A DNA stretch of 64,000 nt from Octopus vulgaris (lineage: Eukaryota): positions 14,942,001-15,006,000 of the forward strand of contig OX597819.1 of the NCBI GenBank assembly GCA_951406725.2. Direction: 5' to 3'. The notes beneath the pieces are model-generated. The model worked only from the letters and a program-made list of their open reading frames with translations. It had not been told where the DNA came from and ran no database searches. Within the stretch, counting starts at the first letter, position 1. Each line of letters opens with the position of its first letter. The translations under genes and the position numbers were made by a program. Positions 1 to 13,314 of this stretch are shown here, piece by piece.

Positions 1-935
1 GTCAAATCAACCGGAAGCTCATTGAAAGTAATGGCGGTGACATTCATCAGTTGCTTCCGGCAATATTTTGCAAGCATGACAGACAGTCAGCTGCCTTTTT
101 ACTTAAACCATGGCAGGACTATCACCCATTCTATTTCGGCTACGTTTTTGTTAGTCTCATTATTCCCTTGTTTTCTAATAATCACGACCATTTGTTGGGA
201 AGGTGACGGGAGGTATTCACATTAGATGTCTTCTTGAAACAACTTCAACAACAATAATTTCTTTATTAGCCAGAAGGCACTTACCATGTAACACAAAACA
301 GGTCATGTAAAAGAGTTAGAAAACAAGTGCATATACTATCAATGCTGCCAAAACGTAATACAAATTTTAATAAACAAAGGAACCCACCAACGAAGGAGTG
401 AGAATGCGCCACCAAACGGATTTCAAAGCAACCATAACTCCGACCACATTCCACCCTGGAAATACTTTGTCCTCTCTTCATTGTAATCTACAGGCAGAAT
501 TCAGTTAATCGGCCTCTGGCGGATTTTCTGAAAGCAAGCAAAAACACTTTCGGTTTGGAGCGGAACACGAATTCTCCTACAGCTGCCATTGAATGTTCGA
601 TAACTATTCCTCGAGTGTCACCAACACTCTATTAATTAAAGATTCTTGGGTTTCATCCCGTTATCTTATCAACTAACGCAATATATTTTTATGTCCTATT
701 GTAGATTTATCTTTTGTGGCATTAGTTCACGTGATTCCGTCAAGGGATCCATTACTCTCCGCCCGCCTCTAAGCTTTGTAAGCCCCTCTTATCTTAACTC
801 TTTCTGTATCTCTCTTTTACTCTTTCTCTTCCCTTCTCTCTATACGATATTAAGCGTAACTGGAGAACTCAGTCAACCAACTGATGAACTAACCAACATA
901 TCGGCTTTTATGATATATTCAGGGTGCGGTATATA

Positions 936-1291
936 GATCGACCCCATTACACAACTGGTACTTAATTTATTAACCGCGAAATGATGAAAAGGCAAAGTCG
1001 ACCTCGGCGGAAATTGAACTCAGAACGTAGCGGCAGACGAAATACCTTTACTACCCACAATTTCTTTACTACCCACAAGGGGCTAAACACAGAGAGGACA
1101 AACAAGGACAGACAAACGGATTAAGTCGATTATATCGACCCCAGTGCATAACTGGTACTTATTTAATCGACCCCGAAAGGATGAAAGGCAAAGTCGACCT
1201 CGGCGGAATTTGAACTCAGAACGTTACGGCAGACGAAATACCGCTAAGCATTTCGCTCGGCGTGCAAATGATTCTGCCAACTCGCCGCCTT
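936..1291 (-). mobile_element. tRNA-derived SINE family A, dimeric copy
   Basis: Reverse complement of head AAGGCGGCGAGTTGGCAGAATC (A box), GAGTTCAAATTCC (B box), core GCCTTTCATCCTTTCGGGGTCGA and tail CCCCTTGTGGGTAGTAAAGAAA; the internal unit is repeated. Confidence 0.9.
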
Positions 1292-1299
1292 AATATCTT

Positions 1300-2378
1300 G
1301 TAAGGCATCGACTGACAAGGCGGTGTCAGCATCGATGGCGAGCTATTCACCCACCTCCGTTTCGCTGATGACATCGTAATCATCGCTGAAACTATGGATC
1401 AGCTTCAGACCATGCTGACGGAGCTCGACATCAAAAGCACTGCAGTAGGACTCAAGATGAACCGCATGAAAACGAAGTTCATGCGGTCCGACAACGTACC
1501 AACAGGTCGAACGGTGGTCGGCAGTGATGAAATAGGGGAGGTAAAGGTATATGTCTACCTGGGACAGCAAGTGAATATGTGCCGAGACATCGAAAAGGAG
1601 ATCTCGCGGAGAGTAAGGGCCAGATGGAAGGCGTTTAACGGCATAAGGGATGTGCTCAAGGGAAGGATGGACAGGACCACCTGCGCCAACCTCATCACTA
1701 GCACAGTTCTACCTGCAATGTTACATGGTAGTGAAACATGGGCTACAACAAAGAGAGAAGAGATTGGTAACGGCTCAAAGAGCCATGGAGAGGTCAATGC
1801 TTGGTATCTCGTTGAGAGAGCACATCGGTAGAGAGATCATCAGAAAGAAGTCCGGTGAGAGGGATGTCATCGCAGAGTATACGCGCAGCAAGTTTAGGTG
1901 GGATGGACATGTCCCCCGACTCACCGATAAGGCGGCGAGCTGGCAGAATCGTTAGCACGCCGGGCGAAATGCTTATCGGTATTTCGTCTGCCTCTACGTT
2001 CTGAGTTCAAATTCCGCCGAGGTCGACTTTGCCTTTCATCCTTTCGGGGTCGATTAAATAAGTACCAGTTACGTACTGGGGTCGATATAATCGTCTTAAT
2101 CTGTTTGTCTGTCATTGTTTGTCCTCTCTGTGTTTAGCCCCTTGTGGGTAGTAAAGAAAGAGATAATCGGTAGACCCGTGCAGTTGTCAGGTTGTACCCG
2201 CGCGAGCGGAAACGACCACTCGGAAGGCCTCCACGACGGTGGAGTTACGATTTCAGGAGGGCGATTGGGATCACGTGGATGAGAAAGGCGCGATCCAGAG
2301 AGGAGTGGACAGCGTGCTGTGACCAGCGGTGTCAAATGGACGCCCGGTGGACTGGTCGGTCAAGGTAATCAAGGTGAT
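1300..2378 (+). mobile_element. RTE-clade LINE, 5'-truncated RT/C-terminal fragment, frameshifted, interrupted by a SINE A
   Basis: Translation THLRFADDIVII...GLKMNRMKTKFM...YVYLGQ...VLPAMLHGSETW...AQRAMERSMLGISL...RWDGHV..LTD resumes after the SINE as NR*TR...RKRPLGRPPRRW; ends in caaggtaatcaaggtgata. Confidence 0.9.
1931..2161 (+). mobile_element. SINE family A monomer inserted in the RTE LINE
   Basis: Full head, core and tail; gataa repeated at 1926-1930 and 2162-2166. Confidence 0.9.
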
Positions 2379-2429
2379 ATATATACACACGCATATACAT
2401 ATACATATACATATTTATGCACATATGTA

Positions 2430-2828
2430 TCTCTTTTACATGTTTCAGTCATTTGACTGCGGCCATGCTGGTGCACAGCCTTTAGTCGAGCAAATCGACC
2501 CCGGGACTTTTTCTTTGTAAGCCCAGTACTTATTCTATCGGTCTCTTTTGCCGAACCGCTAAGTGACGGGGACGTAAACACACCAGCATCGGTTGTCAAG
2601 CAATGCTAGGGGGACAAACACAAACACATACTCACACATACATATATATATATATACATATATACGACAGGCTTCTTTCAGTTTCCGTCTACCAAATCCA
2701 CTCACAAGGCATCGGTCGGCCCGAGGCTATAGCAGAAGACACTTACCCAAGATGCCACGCAGTGGGATTGAACACGGAACCATGTGGTTGGTTAGCAAGC
2801 TACTTACCACACAGCCACTCCTGCGCCT
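2430..2828 (-). mobile_element. tRNA-derived SINE family B with internal (TA)n/(TG)n microsatellite
   Basis: Reverse complement of AGGCGCAGGAGTGGCTGTGTGGTAAG head ... GAAACTGAAAGAAGCC, microsatellite, ... CAGCATGGCCGCAGTCAAATGACTGAAAC tail. Confidence 0.9.
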
Positions 2829-3173
2829 ATATGTACATATATCTGTACATTTGAATATTGTGATTCATGTATCCACCTGATGAAAACGGTTTTTTCTAAT
2901 CATGCAAATCTCTCCATTAACCAATAAAAAATTCATTGGAAACAAGTGTAGTGGATCCATTTGTTATTTTGAAATCTGCTCCTTGCGTAGATCAGAAGCA
3001 TATTATGGAGCGTACATTTAGTACAATATGCGCTCATTGATTAGCCTCAGGGCTATTGATATACTCAGTCAAGTACAGTTATTCGTATACACAACCTGAA
3101 TATCTATCTTTCTACTCACATATGTATTCATTTACCTGATTCATGCGAATCCTGATCTATTATATATATATAT

Positions 3174-3282
3174 GGCTTGCTCACTTAGCCAGCGGGGTGG
3201 CGTCATTTGAAGGCTAAAAAACAATGCGAAGCGCATTGTGACCAGCGATGTGTAGCAACATCTGATAGCTTGGTCGGTCACG

Positions 3283-3290
<8 letters not shown>
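3174..3290 (+). mobile_element. 3' fragment of the SINE C variant (RTE-like tail)
   Basis: Matches 24930-25047 (cttagccagcggggtggcgtcatttgaaggctaaaa...gtgaccagcg...tggtcggtcacggtgat). Confidence 0.8.
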
Positions 3291-3335
<45 letters not shown>

Positions 3336-3389
3336 AATAGATCAGGGTCTTATTCACACACACACACGCATATATATATTTATATATAT

Positions 3390-3486
<97 letters not shown>

Positions 3487-3510
3487 CTAAAAAGGGCATA
3501 TATATGTATA

Positions 3511-3676
3511 TAGGAGCAGGAGTGGCTGTGTGGTAAGTGGCTTGCTTACCAACCACAATGGTTCCGGGTTCAATCCCACTGCATGGCACCTCGGGCAAGT
3601 GTCTTCTACTATAGCTTCAGACCGACCAAAGCCTTGTGTGAAGATTTGGTAGACGGAAACTGAAAGAAGTTCGTCG

Positions 3677-3748
<72 letters not shown>

Positions 3749-3955
3749 TGTGTCTGTTTGTCTCCCCACCATCGCTTGACAACCGATGTTGGTGTGTTTA
3801 CGCTCCCGTAACCTAGTGGTTCGGCAAAAGAGACCGATAGGATAAGTACTAGGCTTACAAAGAATAAGTCCTGGGGTTGATTTGCTCCACTAAAGGCTGT
3901 GCTCCAGTATGGTCGTCGCAGTCAAAATGACTGAAACAAATAAAAGAATAAAAGA
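3511..3955 (+). mobile_element. SINE family B
   Basis: Head, internal (TA)/(TG) array and tail as in other copies. Confidence 0.9.
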
Positions 3956-3961
3956 ATATAC

Positions 3962-3992
<31 letters not shown>

Positions 3993-4094
3993 CATACATA
4001 CATACATACATACATACATACATACATACATACATACATACATACATACATACATACATACATACATACATACATACATACATACATACATACA

Positions 4095-4128
<34 letters not shown>

Positions 4129-4932
4129 ATTATGTATGGAATATCATGAAAAATAAATAAGGGCCGCCAATCCCACACTAGTGGAATAGCCGCTTGGATA
4201 AGAACATCCCGCATCTCTGCTCGACTTTCAGTCTTCGTACTAGAACAGGATTCATTGAAAAGTGCAAGCGACCTTCCTTTGTGTTGGCCCAGGTAAAAAC
4301 AGAGAGAGAAAAAAAATCGCCTATTCAGGTGACGATAGACAATGGCTATGGTTTCTATGAACAGTCAATGGAGGCTCTCTTGAATTCTAGTAATGCTTCC
4401 CGTCTCCTTCCTTAATCAGCACATCGTCCTCGCCATCTTCTTTCATGCCGGTTGTAATTATGAGCTAATTGATAATCAATAAATCTATAACCGAAAAAAG
4501 AAAGCTGTGTTTCAGCAAGACATGGAGAGACTATCAAAAGGGAGTCAATACACATTAATATTGAAAATAACAGTCACGAGAAACGCAGGAGCAGCAACAA
4601 CGCCGGTGTTAGGGAGTAAGTGACAAGCAGTTTTGCACGTTGGATAATGTAGTCCTAGATATACAACATCTTATCGCCAGCAGATCTTCTATGCAAAATA
4701 TGTTGGCACGTGTTCGAAGATCTCATTCTTGGAATGGCAAACACAGTTCTTTGCCCGATTTCAATATTATTTTCTGGTTCTCTGGTGTGTTTTTTTTGTT
4801 TTTTTGCAGAATCTATTGCTTCAAGAATTTGGATCAAGTTCCACTGTTCGGATAACTTCGTTTCTTAACCCACCCCACTGTCACTCTTACAGACTTGAAA
4901 AATTTCATAAGCGCTAGCCTGTCCTCTAATTC

Positions 4933-5015
<83 letters not shown>

Positions 5016-5279
5016 AAGAAGAAGAAGAAGAAGAAAAATTTGTGTGTGTAATCTGGGAATGCACACAATGAGCTTCTCTACCCTAGGTGTACGGAAAACA
5101 CTCGGCGAGAAACGGAAGAAAATTTGAAGAAAGAAGGAATAATAATAATAAGAAGAAGAAGAAGAAGAAGAAGAAAAAAAATAATAATAATAATAATAAT
5201 AACAACAACAACAACAATAACGATAATAATAACAACAACAACAATAACAATAATAATAATGATACCACAAATTAACAAA

Positions 5280-5572
5280 TTACCACAGATTTGCTTGTCA
5301 GTTGTTTTGACCTTAACCAGCTGACCTTGTCCCTCAGTGGCTGATGATGTGTGCATCCCTGATCACGAGCAGAAGTAGTTGGGGAGCATCACAGCCATGT
5401 GTTGAAAGTAATTCTTTGGGGTTTGGGTAATTAACCTTTGGAAAAATGGGTGTTTCATTCAACATCCCTAGGTAACACTTATTCAGGCCTTTTGAACGGG
5501 ATGGGCTACTCGACCTTAAGAAAATTCAAACTGGGCCCCACCTGCAAGGTCATGCACTGTTTATCTTGATAC
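5280..5572 (+). mobile_element. Partial copy of non-coding (TAA)n-associated repeat, family D
   Basis: Homologous to 18637-19194 (minus strand); follows a TAA/CAA array. Confidence 0.8.
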
Positions 5573-5574
5573 AC

Positions 5575-6240
5575 GAATGGTGTAGTCTTCCTGATAAGGT
5601 GAAATTCCAACAACGGCCTATCAAGGGACCCCACAGATTCAAGATTACACTCACCACTAAAGGCACGAGCCGTTGCCCAGGTGTTGTTTTCCAATCTACA
5701 TGCGCATGCTCAGTGTAAAGCCATCCCTTCTTACCATTTTCTGCCAATTTTGCCCATTGTTTCACAAATTCACTTGGAGGTAGCACTTCCCTCTCCACTC
5801 TTACTTTTCTTTCCAAATGGAACTTTAAAAAGTCGATGTCTGTCCTTAATCCGTTCAGCCTCGTACACCATACAGTTTCTTTCGCCACAGCAACTAGACA
5901 GAGGAACACTGTCCGTCCTTCTTTGTTAAAGGTGGGTGCTAGGGCGATCCTCACGATGGATTCACCCGACAGTAGGATTCGCCCCACACGCGATAACAGC
6001 CGATCGGCATAACTCCACAAATCAACAATATTCGGACACTGCACAAGTGCGCGCAGAACGGTTTCGTCGCTCTACGCGCATCTCGGACAACTCCGCTTCA
6101 GAGCGCTTCCTTACCTGAAGATGTTATCTCGAAACGGTCATGCTCTTCGGTAGCACTGCCAGACCAAGGATTTCCGGAAGTTATCGGAAAGGAATAACAA
6201 GTTCATTCTCCTCGATTCTAGAGTTTCCTTGAGAACGTCA
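5575..6240 (-). mobile_element. L1/Tx1-like LINE ORF2 C-terminal fragment
   Basis: Decayed zinc-knuckle region CPRCA*SDETVLRALVQCP followed by ...VAVAKETVWCTR...FLKFHLERKVRVERE..., typical of L1/Tx1 ORF2 ends. Confidence 0.7.
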
Positions 6241-6271
6241 ATGATCTTACCTACCGCTATGTTTCTATATA

Positions 6272-6663
6272 TCTATATATATAAAAGTGAGGTTGTGTGG
6301 TGTCTGTCTCTTACGATTTAGATTCCTAACTACTTCCACATTTTGTGGTGCAGTTTAACCAAAAGCGGGTATCTTATAGTCGTGATTCATATCGAGCCCT
6401 TCTGGGTATTAGCGCGCGTCTACGATGAGTCTACGATTAAAAAAAAATTTACCATAATTTTTCCGCATTTTTAATGCATTTTCGCTCGGTTTATATAAGG
6501 GAAGTAGCTCTCTAAAAATGTATTATTAAATCTCAGAACGTAAAAAGCTACAGTAACACCCCCCTTTGTGGTTAGCCATATGGCTATTATACTTTACATC
6601 TCTAAAAATGCTTATATAGTTATTTCCCTTACAAACCCGAGCAACGCCGGGCGATACTGCTAG
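6272..6663 (+). mobile_element. Non-autonomous Helitron
   Basis: A|TC 5' end (tctatatatataaaag), subterminal hairpin cccgagcaacgccggg, CTAG|T 3' end, no TSD; second copy at 56745-57107. Confidence 0.85.
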
Positions 6664-8090
6664 TTACTAATATAAAACTTCCACTAACTGCATTGCTCGA
6701 CTGGTAGAGAGCAAAGAGCGCCCAACAACACTCTAAAATCAATCTTTATACAGTAATACCCGTTATAAATGTTTGTTGGTTGGTTGAGTTCTTCAGTCAC
6801 GCTTTACATCGTAGAGAGACAGGGGGAGAAAATAACTGGAAGATACAGAGAGAGTTAACATAAGAGGAGCAGGATGAGTGTCATAACTTTCTGAATGATA
6901 CGCATTGTTTTAATGAAATTTTATAGAAATTGGTTTTAGATGAAGCAGATTGCGACCTTGCTGATAAAATTTAGAAAAATATTAGCAAAATATTAGCAAA
7001 ATATTATCTAATCTTATTTTAAGCTAATAAATATTTTTCTCTTGAAAATTAATATTCATTTTATCATCTTGTATAAGAAGCAAGAAATATGGTAAAAGTT
7101 GGATTTTAATTATTGTATGTCTGCCATATTTCACGATGTGACCAGCGAGACTAAAGAATAACTCGCAAAGTCATTTGTCATCAAATGACAAGTAATTTAT
7201 TTAAGAAAAGTTGGTCATTTGGCTGTTTCAGTAGATCGGCGGCCAAAAATACCATCGGAATTCAATAATGATCATTCTGATGTGAGTTCGAGTCCCACTG
7301 AAGTTAACTTTATTTTTCATTTTACCAGAGTCGATGAAATTAAGTATCAAAATAGTGTTTAAGTTCGCCTCTCATTTAACCAAGTTTAAATTCATCAACG
7401 ACAAACTTTTGGTGTAGCTGCTGCTGCTGCTGCTGTTGTTGTTGTTGTTGTTGTGGTGGTGGTGGTGGTGGTGGCGGCGGCGGCGTTTGGCACCGAGCCA
7501 GAACAGAAACACTCGAGATGTGGCCATCGTGTAATCCAACCAGACTGTATTATCCAATTTGTCCTCTGTTAAGATGACGCGGATGTGGATTGAAGAACAT
7601 TTAGCTGCTATTGCTAGCAGTTTGAAAGACCACATAGATGCTCCGTCCCTGTTTATTGATTATGGCTGGGGGGGGGCGTATAGGGGTGATATTAGCCCCC
7701 ACACAACACACACACACCGCACCCCGGTAACCTTAATCAAACAGATCTATAATAATATTATTTTCTAATACAATATATTTCCAGGCAATGTATAACGGTG
7801 TCAACATAATCCATCCAATATGGCCATATTTTTGTTTGGGTAAGATACGCTGAAGATTTGGCTGCTATTTCCAGCAGAATGAGCAACCGCATAGATGCTT
7901 TCTCGCAGACTTTTCTTTCATCTGGTGGTGTCAGATTTAAGAGACTCTTCCCACCAATTCTTACCAAAAATTGACCGTTTGCCAAGAGAGAATTTTTGTA
8001 AAAATAACCCGTGTTTATAGGTATGTGTGAGTGTGCGTGTGTGTATATGTGCGTTTGTATCTGGTATTATACGAATGTATATGTATAATA

Positions 8091-8138
<48 letters not shown>

Positions 8139-8249
8139 TACATACGTATAAACACAGATACACACACACATATATACATATACATAAACACACACCTGTA
8201 TATATATATGTATATATATATATATAATATACATACAGACAGACACGTT

Positions 8250-8295
<46 letters not shown>

Positions 8296-8351
8296 CATAC
8301 ATAGAGAGGGAGAGAGAGTGGAAAAGATAGAGAGAAAGTTAGATAGATAGC

Positions 8352-8416
<65 letters not shown>

Positions 8417-8521
8417 GTAAATGCACACATATATATACATGTTTATGCGTATATATGTATATTTATATATTATATATATGTATTCGTGTGTATGTATATA
8501 TATAAGTGTGTTTATTTATAT

Positions 8522-8572
<51 letters not shown>

Positions 8573-9011
8573 CACACACATGTACAGAGCGAGAGAGAGA
8601 GATAGATTGACAGAGAGAGAGAGAGAGAAAGAGAGAGAACCGTGAGTGTGTGTATGCGCTAGAACTATATTACATTGAATGATACGCGACTAATGACTGA
8701 TGACTAATGGCTCTCAGTGCAGCGTCAGTTATTTTAAGTTAATAATGCTTCGGTAAGAAACTCTGCTTTGTAAGAGAATCTGTGGTGCGGAGAACAAATT
8801 AGATTGCGACATTTTAGTTAACTTTTGTGACCTCGCCCAGGTCAAATTTGACCTTCATCCTGCAGTAGGTCAAGACGAGAAAATAGCAGTCGAGGACACT
8901 GGATTCGATCCTATCGATTAGTTCACTCTCACCACACACACACATACACACACACACACCAGGCATCCCCTAAAAATTGAAGGTGGGAGAGCCTTGCTTG
9001 CTCACTAGCCA

Positions 9012-9177
9012 ATGATGATGATGATGATGATGATGATGAAGATGAAGATGATGATGGTGGTGGTTGTGGTGGTGGTGGTGGTGGTTTTGGTGGTGGTGGT
9101 GGTGGTGGTGATGATGATGATGACGATGATGATGAAGATGATGATGATGATTATGATGGTGGTATTGGTGGTGGTGG

Positions 9178-9226
<49 letters not shown>

Positions 9227-9560
9227 GATGATGATGATGAAGATGATGATGATGATGATGAAGATGAAGATGATGATGATGATTATGATGGTGGTATTGG
9301 TGGTGGTGGTGATGATGATGATGATGATGATGATGAAGATGATGATGATGATGAAGATGATGATGATGAAGATGATGATGATGACGATGATGATGATGAT
9401 GATAATGATGATGATGGTGGTGGTGGTGGTGGTGGTGGTGGTGATGATGATGATGATGAAGGTGATGATGATGATGATGATGATGATAAAGATGAAGATG
9501 ATGATGATGATGATGGTGGTGGTGATGATGATGATGATGAAGATGATGATGATGATGCTG
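9012..9560. repeat. Compound (GAT)n/(GGT)n microsatellite with higher-order repetition
   Basis: Direct inspection; it produces the poly-His, poly-Met and poly-Ser ORFs. Confidence 0.95.
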
Positions 9561-9637
9561 ATAACATCTTCGGATAGAAAAGGACGCCATATTGGTTTGA
9601 TTACATTGCAGAATTCCTAGCTAACCTCATGTTTATG

Positions 9638-9687
<50 letters not shown>

Positions 9688-9811
9688 ATGCTTGTTCATG
9701 AATGTGTACGTACGTATGTACGTATGTGTATGCGTGTATGTGTATCCTTATGTGTGTGTGTGTGTGTGTGTGTGTTACATTTGATGAATCAGTTGAAAAC
9801 TATTTCGGCAT

Positions 9812-9885
9812 CCTCCTACCCCACCTCCTACCCCACCTCCTACCCCACCTCCTACCCCACCTCCTCCCCCACCTCCTACCCCCCC
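9812..9885. repeat. 12-bp minisatellite CCTCCTACCCCA, about 6 copies
   Basis: Direct inspection. Confidence 0.9.
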
Positions 9886-9959
9886 CTCAAACGCTCTGCG
9901 TCTTCTAATCACTTGTCACTTAAGTTACATTATTTTCATTCACATAATTCTCTTCTTCA

Positions 9960-10054
<95 letters not shown>

Positions 10055-10055
10055 A

Positions 10056-10092
<37 letters not shown>

Positions 10093-10803
10093 TTACTACT
10101 ACAACTACCACTACAGCTGCTGCTACTACTACTATTACTAGTGCTACTGCTACCACCACCACCACTACTACTACTACTACTATTACTACCACTACTACTA
10201 CTTTTACTACTACAACTACTACTACTACTACTACTACTACAACTACTACTACTACAACTGCTACCACCACCACCATTACTACTATTTATTACAACCTCAA
10301 ATATTGCCACTACTACTAGTAGTAGTAGTAGTACAACTACTACTGCTACTATTGCTCTTTCTATTGAATACTCGTACAATTTAGTCGTTCGACCTTCAAG
10401 GCATAGCAGCCAAATCTCCCTCAGATCACACTCTACCACTTAAAAAAAAAGCAATGGATACATTGGGTTATAGAGTTTTACTTAGATAACTCTGCCTCAG
10501 GAACAAGACTTGATGGTCATGTCTGGTATGCCTTTGATTGTCGGCCTGGTCGATCACAGCTGCTATGAATTAAACACCACCACCACTGCCACCACTACTA
10601 CAACTGCTACTTAACGACCGGGTGGCAAAAACTATTTGATGAAATTTAAGGGGTATCTCGGTCTGGGCCCCTAAGAGCCAAGGAAGGAGTTCTCATTGAA
10701 TGTCTGTAAAGATTCTCTTTCTCTCATTCTCTCTCTCTGTCTCTCTCTGTCTCTGTCTCTCTCTCTCTCTCTCTCTCAAAAACGTTGAATCTCTGTTCCA
10801 TAA

Positions 10804-11470
<667 letters not shown>

Positions 11471-11489
11471 CGGATATATATATATATAT

Positions 11490-11690
11490 CCGAAGGCTTT
11501 TGCTGCTTCTGCGAGACATGTGCAAGTTTTTGCAGGTCTGGTTCATTCAATGCTGCAAGCGCACAGTAGTCTGCAAACAGGAAGTCTCTCACTAGAGCGT
11601 CCAGGTGTTTGGTTTTTGCCTTCAGACGTCTAAGGTCAAAGAATCGGCCGTCATATCTGTAGCGAATAGTGACACCAGCATCAAACTATC
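11490..11690 (-). mobile_element. RTE/RTE-X-like LINE RT fragment
   Basis: GVTIRYRYDGRFFDLRRLKAKTK...VRDFLFADYCALAALNEPDLQKL (FADD motif decayed). Confidence 0.8.
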
Positions 11691-11744
11691 AGTCTACCAG
11701 CTGATGTATGTCATTTTTGTATCCCCTCTATTTTCTTTTTTGCC

Positions 11745-11823
<79 letters not shown>

Positions 11824-11940
11824 GAGAGAGAGAAATACAATGAGAGGCTTCCAAATAGGAAAGCGTTGTGCTAGAACACAAAAAAAGGGATAAATTCACG
11901 AAAGGAATGAAAATTAAAAATATTTACCATCTCAACTATA

Positions 11941-12010
11941 TCCCAGACCGACGGTTTCTAACTATTTCCAGCAAAAAAATATTCGCCGAAGGCAAGTTTC
12001 TTCAGTGAGA
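11941..12010 (-). ncRNA. Type I hammerhead ribozyme motif within a PLE-like terminal repeat (11831-12285)
   Basis: Minus strand: tctca CTGAAGA aact...agtt a GAAA cc-gtc-gg TC tggga; stems I, II and III can pair; flanked by an approximately 26-bp direct repeat at 11831 and 12259. Confidence 0.6.
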
Positions 12011-12282
12011 CAGCCTTCATAATCCTGACGTACAGACTGCTAGATCCACATGTAGATCCAACGGTTTGTAAATCCTAACTTTACAAACCTCTGCGCAGAC
12101 GCAAATCATACCCGGCGACAGAGAGGATGCCGGTAAAAATTTCGAACGAATTTATCAAACAATATTTAAACATAATAAAATAGGGTAATAATAAATTATT
12201 ATTACCAGTGGCCTAGCACAAAAAACGAATTAGACATTAGACTATATATTATTCATATAGAAATACAATAAGAGGCTTCCAA

Positions 12283-12316
<34 letters not shown>

Positions 12317-12567
12317 ATATATATAGTAGAAAGTAAGATAGGGGTTATGAATGTAACCCACTATGGGATATCAGTTATCCAATATACTGCTGGTAAAGTA
12401 CCCAGCTTCTTAATACATAAATGCTTTAAATTGCAATGCAATTAATTCATTTATTGTATTAAATGGGTGAAGGTAAAAATATTTTTACCGTAAATTCATA
12501 ATACAAATAAGAAAATGGAGAAACAAATTCATCTCGTTCATGAATTTGTTTCTCCATTTTCTTATTT

Positions 12568-12673
<106 letters not shown>

Positions 12674-12835
12674 ATGTATATGTATATGTATACACACACA
12701 CACATATAAACAAGTACAAATTTCTCAATGGAAGTGTTGTAGTGGGCTTGACGCATTGTAGTACTGAAGAAGGAAAAGAAGAGCGAAAAGAAGTAAGCTT
12801 CTAACAATGGAGAAAGTTTTTCAAAAACTTTAATA

Positions 12836-13007
12836 ATTCAGACGCAGAGGGCTATCCTCAGAAGGAAGTAGTCTGGGAAATGTCCAGTGACACCGATTGG
12901 GGAATGTCCAGTTGCATCGATTCCGTTACGATTTAATGTAACGGAATCGGTATAAATGGACATTTCCCAGCGTACTTCCTTCTGAGGATGGGCACCCGCG
13001 CCTAAAA
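12836..13007. mobile_element. Foldback/MITE-like palindrome
   Basis: atcctcagaaggaagta..gggaaatgtcca / tggacatttccc..tacttccttctgaggat arms; central gattccgttac/gtaacggaatc. Confidence 0.7.
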
Positions 13008-13152
13008 TACAAAGGTTTTTGTGAAACACTCCGCTTTTTTTTTAGAAGCTTTCTTATTTTTCATTTCCTTTTCTTTCCACAAATATATATCAATGTTAAA
13101 CTGCGTGTGCAATTCCATTGAAGTATGTGTGTGTTGTGTGTATGTGTGTACC

Positions 13153-13190
<38 letters not shown>

Positions 13191-13200
13191 GTGTGTCTGT

Positions 13201-13314
<114 letters not shown>

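Noticed and set aside
2593-2880. Recurrent peptides such as [15 protein letters not shown] and RPRKDERQSRPRRNLNS resembling a gene family
   Set aside because: They are translations of SINE families A, B and C
4150-4900. Non-repetitive-looking stretch with short ORFs as host exons
   Set aside because: Stops in all frames and no convincing splice pairs; possibly an old LINE remnant but not assignable
8970-10443. Long His-, Met-, Leu- and Ser-rich ORFs
   Set aside because: Translations of trinucleotide microsatellites, open in several frames and on both strands; no splice or start context
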